This document shows, in pieces, positions 57,553-64,000 of a stretch of 64,000 nucleotides of DNA (the first letter of the stretch is position 1; the number at the start of each line of letters is the position of its first letter). The stretch spans positions 158,855 through 222,854 of the forward strand of contig JBAZJY010000002.1 of assembly GCA_041651115.1 (NCBI GenBank), written 5' to 3'. Under the pieces are notes generated by a model. That model saw nothing but the letters and a program-made list of their open reading frames with translations. It had not been told where the DNA came from and did not search any database. A program made the position numbers and the translations under genes. The stretch is from Candidatus Omnitrophota bacterium. GTDB lineage: Bacteria > Omnitrophota > Gorgyraeia > Gygaellales > Profunditerraquicolaceae.

Positions 57553-58560
57553 ATGGCAGACAGGCAAAGCAGCGACCGTAATTATGATGCCTGGCTGCAT
57601 TGGCAGCTTCCCTGCCAATGCAGCTTATCCTGCGCCTACTGTTATAACCTCCCCCTGAAAAACGACCCTGCCGCAGCGTTAAGGCATATTTTCCCCTGGA
57701 TAAAAAAAGAAGCCATCGCAATATCCCGGGGAAAATTTCCCGAGGCAATAAACAGGGTCAGGCTATATATAAAAAAAAGCAAGGGCAAGGCCGTTAAAGC
57801 CAGCGGCACCATAGATGTTGCCGCCTTACTGATCGCCTTGAAGAAAACAGGCAAAATCTTCCGGGTCAGCCTTACAGGCAGAGGAGAGCCTTTTCTGGCG
57901 GATAATATTGTTGAGGCCTGCAGACAAATAACAAAAAAACATTACCTTTCTCTTAATACCAATTTAATTTCCGGGAAGATCGGTGAATTCTGCGAGAAAA
58001 TAGATCCGCAAAAGGTCGTCGCAATCGAGGCGTCTTTACATATTAAAGAGCTGGAAAGGCTCGGCCTGACAGATATTTTTATCCGCAATTTTTTATTATG
58101 CCAGGAAAAAGGGTTTAAGATATCGGCTAAAGAAGTTGCCTATCCTCCGCTCTTAGAAGAGATAGAAAAATATAAAGGATTTTTTCAAAAAAACGGGATT
58201 AAATTAAGTTTTACCGGTTTTAACGGATATTATAACCGCAAGGAATACCCTGCCGCCTATACGCAGCGCGAGGTGGAAATATTCGGCCTGGAAAATGCCC
58301 CGGATTTTCAAATGTTTAATTCACGGGGGAAGATATGCAATGCCGGTTATAATGCGATTGTGGTCTATGAAAACGGCGATGTAGCGCCTTGCTGGAGCGC
58401 GCAGGATAATTTAGGCAGCATCTATAATAGCTTTAAACTAAAAGATAAATTGTTCGCGTGCCCCCAGGAGCATTGCGTATGCCCGTTAAGCGCTTATGAC
58501 AGTTACCTTTTTGAGAAGGCGCTTAAAGAGAACTTCAGCGATGCAGCGCGGCAAGCCTGA
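57553..58560 (+). CDS. radical SAM protein with C-terminal Cys-rich (SPASM/twitch-like) region
   Basis: CQCSLSCAYC (CxxxCxxC plus an extra Cys) at residues 21-30, GRGEPF, and a C-terminal PCW...CPQEHCVCP motif. Confidence 0.6.
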   Translation: MADRQSSDRNYDAWLHWQLPCQCSLSCAYCYNLPLKNDPAAALRHIFPWIKKEAIAISRGKFPEAINRVRLYIKKSKGKAVKASGTIDVAALLIALKKTGKIFRVSLTGRGEPFLADNIVEACRQITKKHYLSLNTNLISGKIGEFCEKIDPQKVVAIEASLHIKELERLGLTDIFIRNFLLCQEKGFKISAKEVAYPPLLEEIEKYKGFFQKNGIKLSFTGFNGYYNRKEYPAAYTQREVEIFGLENAPDFQMFNSRGKICNAGYNAIVVYENGDVAPCWSAQDNLGSIYNSFKLKDKLFACPQEHCVCPLSAYDSYLFEKALKENFSDAARQA

Positions 58561-58921
58561 TCTCTTCGGCAATACATTTAATATCGCAGGGCTTTTCCAT
58601 GCATTTTATGGCCGGCCCAGGCATGCCGGCGATCAGGGGTTCCACGCGACTTTGGGCAGATAAGAAGATCACCGGAATATTCTGCGTATCCGGCCTTTCC
58701 CTGAGCCGTTTGCACGTTTCAATCCCATCCATTACCGGCATTGCCACGTCAAGGACAATAGTATCCGGCTTGTTCCGGGAGATCTTGTTCAGCGCTTCCC
58801 GCCCGTTTTTCGCAGCCTGAACGCTAAAGCCCATTTCCTTAAGCATAAAGACCGTAGATTCCCTGACATAGTCGTCGTCCTCAACAATAAGGACTTTGAT
58901 AGAGTCATTCTTTGCAGCCAT
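58535..58921 (-). CDS. single-domain response regulator (CheY-like receiver)
   Basis: KVLIVEDDDYVRE...DTIVLDVAMPVMDG...IPVIFLSAQ receiver motifs. Start is taken at ATG 58921, preceded by an AAGGGGAGG RBS. Confidence 0.75.
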   Translation of the reverse strand: MAAKNDSIKVLIVEDDDYVRESTVFMLKEMGFSVQAAKNGREALNKISRNKPDTIVLDVAMPVMDGIETCKRLRERPDTQNIPVIFLSAQSRVEPLIAGMPGPAIKCMEKPCDIKCIAEEIRLAALHR

Positions 58922-58944
58922 GTTTAAGCCTCCCCTTAACACCG

Positions 58945-58989
58945 TATTCCATTTTGGAATATATGACAAGAAAGTATATCATATATTCC
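58945..58989. promoter_or_regulatory. overlapping inverted repeats in the REC/XRE divergent promoter region
   Basis: ATTCCA-ttt-TGGAAT (58946-58960) and GGAATATAT-16nt-ATATATTCC (58956-58989). Confidence 0.45.
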
Positions 58990-59005
58990 AGGAGGCGTCA
59001 ACCCG

Positions 59006-59227
59006 ATGGATAAGACAATTTATACTGACAGCCACAGGCATCTGGTCAGCAGGCTGATAGATGCGCGTAAGAAGTCAAAATTAAAACAGTCCGATGTTGC
59101 CAAGAAACTCGGGCGCACGCAGTCGTATATTTCCAAGATCGAATCCGGCCAGCGCCGCATTGATACTGTCCAGTTAAAGGAATTTGCTGCGATTTACAAA
59201 AAGAAGATCGATTTCTTCCTCAAATAG
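59006..59227 (+). CDS. XRE-family helix-turn-helix transcriptional regulator
   Basis: LKQSDVAKKLGRTQSYISKIESGQRRIDTVQL is a classic Cro/C1 HTH. Confidence 0.8.
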   Translation: MDKTIYTDSHRHLVSRLIDARKKSKLKQSDVAKKLGRTQSYISKIESGQRRIDTVQLKEFAAIYKKKIDFFLK

Positions 59228-59234
59228 CCCGTTT

Positions 59235-59963
59235 TTAGATCAATCCCTCGTCCGCAAAACTGAAATAATCATTATCGCCGATAATTATATGATCCAGCGG
59301 TTTTACTGAAAGTATTTCTCCGGCAGCAACCAGCTCGCGGGTGAATTTTTTGTCTTCTTCGCTGGGCTCAGGATCGCCTGAGGGATGGTTATGGCTGCAG
59401 ATAAGGAAGGGCGCGAAATTCTGCAGCGCCTTGTGATAGATCTCCCTTAACAGCGGCTGCACCTGGTTCACCGTACCTTCTCCGGCTTCGGCAATTTCAA
59501 TGATCCTGCTTTTGGAATTCAGGAAAATCACCTTAAATATTTCTTTCTTTAAGTCGCGCATCCGCGGCATCAGGATTTCCACTGCCTCTGCCGCAGACTC
59601 TATTTTTGGCCGGCATTCTTTAACCTCTCCTTCTTTCAGCCGCCTGCCGATCTCTACCGCGGCTTTGATCTGGGCCAGCTTTGCGCTGCCCAAACCTTTA
59701 AATTCCTGCCATTGAGAAGGATCCGTGTGGCTTAAAGCCCCGAAAGTCTTGAATTTATGCATGATTTTTCTTGCCAGGTCCACGGCGCTTAAGCCTTTTT
59801 CTCCCGACCTTAAGATGATCGCCAGTAACTCGGAATCGGTTAAGGTGTGTTCGCCGTGTTTAAGTAATTTTTCCCGCGGCCGGTCTTCTTCTGGCCAGCG
59901 GTTGATTGGGTTGCTGTATTTAGCCATCTTTTTCCCCGAATAAATAGACGGCGTAACCGGCAC
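59235..59963 (-). CDS. radC: RadC-family JAMM protein (UPF0758)
   Basis: N-terminal HhH LTDSELLAIILRSG and the C-terminal JAMM motif HNHPSGDPEPSEED. Confidence 0.85.
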   Translation of the reverse strand: MPVTPSIYSGKKMAKYSNPINRWPEEDRPREKLLKHGEHTLTDSELLAIILRSGEKGLSAVDLARKIMHKFKTFGALSHTDPSQWQEFKGLGSAKLAQIKAAVEIGRRLKEGEVKECRPKIESAAEAVEILMPRMRDLKKEIFKVIFLNSKSRIIEIAEAGEGTVNQVQPLLREIYHKALQNFAPFLICSHNHPSGDPEPSEEDKKFTRELVAAGEILSVKPLDHIIIGDNDYFSFADEGLI

Positions 59964-60079
59964 TTTCTAACAGGATTATTTTAGCGCAAACCTCATAACG
60001 CGCTTTTAATATCTTGACCCCATAGCTTCAAGATGTATAATAAAAATAAATTAATCCTAACGCTATAATAAGAGGAGAG

Positions 60080-61432
60080 TTGATGAGTATGGTGAAAAAG
60101 CGGTTCTTCTATATCATTCTCACTTTGTCTTTTTTGACTTCATTGTTTCCGGTTTGCGCCTTTGCAGAGGTAAAATTCAAATGGGGCCCGTATTTGAGGG
60201 TGCGGCATGAGTTTTGGAAAAATATTTTCGATATGGACAACCATAGGCTGGATAACCGTAATTTCTTCAGGTTTAAAACCTCCTTATGGGGGCAGGCAGA
60301 TATTGACGAGAATTTTACTTTACATGCCAAGCTTACCGATGAATTCCGCGCCTATACTTATTATGCGCCTTCTGCAAGCAAGCCTTCCGGGAAAACCGAT
60401 AAATACATGAAATTCCAGATCAACGAAGCAGTCTTTGATAATCTCTATTTTGATTGGAGGAATATCTTAGACTTTCCTTTGGATTTGCGTTTTGGAAGGC
60501 AGGACCTGCCGCCCGCTGAATACGGTGAGGGTTTTGTCCTGGCCGACGGCACGCCCCGCGACGGATCAAGGACTTATTATTTCAACGCCGCAAAAGTCAT
60601 CTGGCGCATGGATGATAAGAATAAGCTTGAATTCATCGCGATCAAAGATGATAAAACAGACGACACGCTGCCGATCATTAACGAGCTAAAGGGGAAGTAC
60701 CTGCTTAATTACAGCGATGAATATGCCTTTTTGCTTTACCACCGAAACGATGCGATCAAAAACCTTCATTTGGAAAATTACTACATCTATAAAAGGGAAG
60801 AAAAGGACCGGCCAAGCCCGTTAACGGAAAAGAGCCTCATCAATACCCTTGGCTCGTTTGCCAGATACACTTTTTTCCCCTGGGAACTGCGCGGCCAACT
60901 GGCCGGGCAGTTCGGCAAGTACGGCACTAAAGACCGGCAGGCTATCGGCGGTTATGTATTTTTAGACAGGGAATTCAATGATGTTTTGTTTTCTCCCAAG
61001 GCAAGCCTCGGCTATTATTATCTTTCCGGCGGAAATACCAACGAGAAAAAATACGAGGGTTTTGCCCAGTTGTTTTCAACCTATTCCTGGGTATCTGAAC
61101 TTTATAATTTGTCCTATAGCATGGAAACCGGCACAAACTACTGGACAAATCTGCAGATGTACAGGGCTTGGCTGGAGTTAGATCTTACAAAAAAAGCCAA
61201 GCTATGCATGATTTACGATTATCTAAGGGCAAACCAGCCGCAGCCGGGAGTCAATGCTTCCTTCGGTAACGGGAAAACCCGCGGGCATCTGGCGCACGCG
61301 ATATTCAACTATGCCTTTAATAAACATGTCGGCGCATACGTAATGGCGGAATATTTTATCCCCGGAGATTTCTACGTAGATGGCTCTGACCCGGCGTTAT
61401 TTCTAAGGAGCGAATTACAGATCAAGTTTTAA
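60080..61432 (+). CDS. outer-membrane beta-barrel protein (porin/alginate-export-like), hypothetical
   Basis: Signal peptide, alternating amphipathic beta-strands, and a C-terminal ...LQIKF ending in Phe. Confidence 0.45.
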   Translation: MMSMVKKRFFYIILTLSFLTSLFPVCAFAEVKFKWGPYLRVRHEFWKNIFDMDNHRLDNRNFFRFKTSLWGQADIDENFTLHAKLTDEFRAYTYYAPSASKPSGKTDKYMKFQINEAVFDNLYFDWRNILDFPLDLRFGRQDLPPAEYGEGFVLADGTPRDGSRTYYFNAAKVIWRMDDKNKLEFIAIKDDKTDDTLPIINELKGKYLLNYSDEYAFLLYHRNDAIKNLHLENYYIYKREEKDRPSPLTEKSLINTLGSFARYTFFPWELRGQLAGQFGKYGTKDRQAIGGYVFLDREFNDVLFSPKASLGYYYLSGGNTNEKKYEGFAQLFSTYSWVSELYNLSYSMETGTNYWTNLQMYRAWLELDLTKKAKLCMIYDYLRANQPQPGVNASFGNGKTRGHLAHAIFNYAFNKHVGAYVMAEYFIPGDFYVDGSDPALFLRSELQIKF

Positions 61433-61434
61433 GC

Positions 61435-62496
61435 ATGGCAAACGCAGGAGGGCGCATGCAAAAGCATAGAGTTTATATTATTTTAGCTATTGCAGCCGGG
61501 TTATTATTCAGCGCGTGGGGGCATCCGGCTAATGCCCAGGCAGCCGGTAAAAAGAAATTTAAGATACTGCATATTATGAGCTATCATTCTCCCTGGGAAT
61601 GGACCGACGACCAGTTGATCGGGTTTAAGGAACAATTAAAGGATCTGGATGTTGAATATAAGGTATTCCAGATGGATACCAAGCGCAAAAGCAGCGAAGA
61701 ATGGAAAGAGGTGGTGGGAAAAGAAGCGCGGGATTTGATTGACAGTTGGCAGCCTGACCTGGTTTATACAACCGATGACAATGCCCAGAAATATGTAGTA
61801 AAATATTATGTCAATACAGCCACGCCTTTTGTATTCGGCGCAGTAAATGCTGATCCTGCGGTTTACGGCTTTAGCGGCGCTAAAAACATTACCGGCGTCA
61901 TGGAGCACGAGCATTCGGTTGAAACAATAAACCTGCTTAAAGAGATCGTTCCCTCCGTTAAAAGAGTCGCGGTGATCATTGATGATGATCCGACTTGGCC
62001 GGGAGTGGTAAAACGCATGAGAGAAAGAATAGCCAGGCAGCTGCCATCAATAGAATTAATTGTCGGCGAACCGATCTCTACCTTTAAGGAATACAAAGAA
62101 AAGCTTGCCGCATATCAGAAAGAAGCAGATGCCCTGGCCTTGCTTGGGGTCCATACGTTTAAGGATGAAAGCGGCAATAATGTTGCCTGGCAGGAAGTAT
62201 TAAAGTGGACAGCGGAAAATTCCCAGCTTCCCGATTTCAGCTTCTGGAAAGACAGGATCCTTTATGGCACGCTCTGCGTGGTTTATGTCTCCGGCTATGA
62301 ACAGGGGCTGGCAGCGGGAAAGATCGCGCGGGGCATTTTAACGGAAGGCAAAGTTGCTTCGGATTATCCGATATTGCCTACAATAAAAGGGGAACCGATC
62401 ATAAGCCTTGCCCGGGCAAAAAAATTGGGCCTGCGCCCGAAAAGCACGATTCTCTTGAACTCAGAAATAGTAAATAAATTTGAGTGGGAAAAATAA
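61435..62496 (+). CDS. ABC-transporter substrate-binding-protein-like periplasmic sensor partner (PF04392 ABC_sub_bind)
   Basis: Signal peptide plus a type I periplasmic-binding fold pattern. It sits directly upstream of a histidine kinase, as is typical of this family. Confidence 0.55.
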   Translation: MANAGGRMQKHRVYIILAIAAGLLFSAWGHPANAQAAGKKKFKILHIMSYHSPWEWTDDQLIGFKEQLKDLDVEYKVFQMDTKRKSSEEWKEVVGKEARDLIDSWQPDLVYTTDDNAQKYVVKYYVNTATPFVFGAVNADPAVYGFSGAKNITGVMEHEHSVETINLLKEIVPSVKRVAVIIDDDPTWPGVVKRMRERIARQLPSIELIVGEPISTFKEYKEKLAAYQKEADALALLGVHTFKDESGNNVAWQEVLKWTAENSQLPDFSFWKDRILYGTLCVVYVSGYEQGLAAGKIARGILTEGKVASDYPILPTIKGEPIISLARAKKLGLRPKSTILLNSEIVNKFEWEK

Positions 62497-62497
62497 A

Positions 62498-64000
62498 ATG
62501 AAACTAGACCTAAGGAACAAGATCGTTATTATCATGCTGGCCGGGCTGTTTTTGGCCATCGGCGCAAACACCTGGATCAGCAGCTATATTTTTACCAAAG
62601 AATATTCCGCGGCAATAAAAGCAAAGAGCATGGTTATCGGTGAAACCCTGGAATTGCAGATGGAGAAGTTATTGTCTTTAGGCATACCTTTAAATGAGCT
62701 GGTAGGATTTGAAGAACAATGCGCGGATATAGTCTATAAGTATGGCGTAGCGTATGCGCTGGTCACGGACGGTAGCGGCAAGGTGCTCTTCCACAGCAGC
62801 GCGCCCGGCCAATACGCCGCAAGTATCGGAGATGAAAAGGCGTTGAAGGCGATCCGCTCTGCCGAAAAGTCCATGCAGGTTTATTCGGAAAAGGGCCATA
62901 AATATTACGGTGCCATAGTGCCGGTTATCGGCATTAACAATATGCCCCTTGGCGCAGTAATCATCGGCGTGCCCGTTGAAATAATTACCAAGAAAACCGG
63001 CGAATTGGTCGCGTTATCGCTGCTTGTGGCAACCATTTCTTTCTTATTGGCGGTAATTTTGCTGTTTTTTGCCATTTCAAAATGGGTTACCAGCCCATTG
63101 CAGAAATTGGTAAATATGATTATGGAAATCAGGCAAAAGGGCACGGATTCCGCCAAAGAGCTTGATATTTATTCCGAAGATGAAATAGGAGAGCTGGCCT
63201 CTGCCTTTAACCTGATGGTTAAAGACCTGAATAAATCACACCGGGAAGTTTTAAAATATGCCGAAACACTGGAAACAAAAGTTCAAGAACGCACCGTTGA
63301 ACTGGAAGAAGCCAACGGACAGCTAAAGCGCGCCTACGAACAGCTTAAGCAGGCCCAGTTCCAGCTCATACAATCTGCCAAAATGGCTTCTATAGGCCAG
63401 CTTGCCGGAGGCGTGGCGCATGAGATAAATAATCCCTTGACCGGAGTTTTAAATAACGTGCAGCTAATACGGATGCAGGCAGAAATGAAAAAAGAGTTTA
63501 ACGCAGATGACTTTATGGCCATCCTGCAGGCTATCGAAGAGTCCGCCTTCAGGTGTAAGAAGATCACCGAGGCCCTGCTGAATTTCTCCCGCGGGTCTAC
63601 CGGCCAATTCCGGAGGATTTCTCCGAATGAATTGATTAAAAAGGTGATCAATCTTGTCGCGCATGAAATACAACTGGAGAATATCACTATCCATACAGAA
63701 TTTGCAGACGGCGTTCCTGAAGTCACGGGCGATGTGCAGCTCCTGCAGCAGGTTATCTTTGATCTGATCGCCAATGCCAAGTGGGCAATTAATAAGAAAT
63801 CCGCTAAGCAGGGCGGTACCATCACCATAAAGACTTCCGCTGATTTAAATAATAAACAGGCCTTGATCTCCGTAGCTGATACGGGGATAGGCATCCCGAA
63901 AGATAACTTAGATAAAATTTTTGAGCCCTTTTTTACTACCAAGAGCGTGGGCGAAGGAACGGGCCTTGGCTTAAGTATAGCCTATGCTATTATCCGGGAG
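62498..64000 (+). CDS. sensor histidine kinase (TM-sensor-TM-HAMP-HisKA-HATPase), 3' end beyond window
   Basis: Two TM helices flank a ~150-aa periplasmic domain. It has a HAMP domain, an H-box (AHEINNPL), and N/G boxes (GTGLGL). No stop occurs before the window end. Confidence 0.8.
   Translation, partial: MKLDLRNKIVIIMLAGLFLAIGANTWISSYIFTKEYSAAIKAKSMVIGETLELQMEKLLSLGIPLNELVGFEEQCADIVYKYGVAYALVTDGSGKVLFHSSAPGQYAASIGDEKALKAIRSAEKSMQVYSEKGHKYYGAIVPVIGINNMPLGAVIIGVPVEIITKKTGELVALSLLVATISFLLAVILLFFAISKWVTSPLQKLVNMIMEIRQKGTDSAKELDIYSEDEIGELASAFNLMVKDLNKSHREVLKYAETLETKVQERTVELEEANGQLKRAYEQLKQAQFQLIQSAKMASIGQLAGGVAHEINNPLTGVLNNVQLIRMQAEMKKEFNADDFMAILQAIEESAFRCKKITEALLNFSRGSTGQFRRISPNELIKKVINLVAHEIQLENITIHTEFADGVPEVTGDVQLLQQVIFDLIANAKWAINKKSAKQGGTITIKTSADLNNKQALISVADTGIGIPKDNLDKIFEPFFTTKSVGEGTGLGLSIAYAIIRE

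Noticed and set aside
1-64000. Integrase, transposase, IS elements and phage genes
   Set aside because: A scan of all six-frame products found no DDE, tyrosine or serine recombinase motifs. Mobile-element hypotheses therefore remain inference only.

Overview
This 64-kb window is gene-dense bacterial chromosome with almost every gene on the + strand. It has no rRNA, CRISPR array, integrase or transposase. The protein set suggests an anaerobe: it is radical-SAM-rich, carries a CcdA thiol relay and uses many GTG/TTG starts. In order it contains the following.

- Housekeeping and efflux: a 5'-truncated L,D-transpeptidase gene, accA, and a PadR/MarR-controlled TolC-MFP-RND efflux operon with a PII-like tail gene.
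- An orphan type IV pilin-like gene behind a near-consensus promoter.
- An ~11-kb single-strand operon (10.4-21.7 kb) that looks like a type II polyketide synthase-like biosynthetic cluster. It carries a KS-alpha/CLF pair, an ACP, two cyclase-type proteins, an SDR ketoreductase, an amidohydrolase-2, an embedded B12-binding radical SAM enzyme, a tandem-duplicated TIGR04076-like protein and an MFS exporter. A consensus sigma70 promoter and an 18-bp perfect palindrome precede it.
- A DHAP-shunt-like 5'-deoxyadenosine/MTA salvage cassette (phosphorylase, MtnA-like isomerase, class II aldolase fused to SCP2) followed by an ALDH and an acyl-CoA ligase.
- rlmN, and cell-wall genes (SGNH esterase, LysM-amidase, class A beta-lactamase-like).
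- A large ABC-transporter-dependent glycan assembly locus (31.5-50.5 kb). It has Wzm/Wzt, two B12-binding radical SAM enzymes, three tandem radical SAM/SPASM paralogs, GT4/GT2 transferases, a polyprenyl-P sugar synthase, two duplicated GT-C ArnT-like transferases and two duplicated CBM-like proteins. One B12-rSAM carries an N-terminal domain homologous to the Wzt C-terminal domain.
- An arsenic/thiol-redox island (DUF134 regulator, ArsP-like permease, two thioredoxin-fold proteins, CcdA, ACR3) that separates the GT genes from a convergent Wzx flippase.
- A GH1 beta-glucosidase, divergent tRNA-Leu(CAA) and tRNA-Ala(GGC), an orphan radical SAM, REC, XRE and RadC genes, and an OMP / PF04392 binding protein / histidine-kinase module that runs off the window end.

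Eight radical SAM enzymes occur in 64 kb. The most novel-looking systems are the type II PKS-like cluster and the radical-SAM-rich glycan-modification locus.
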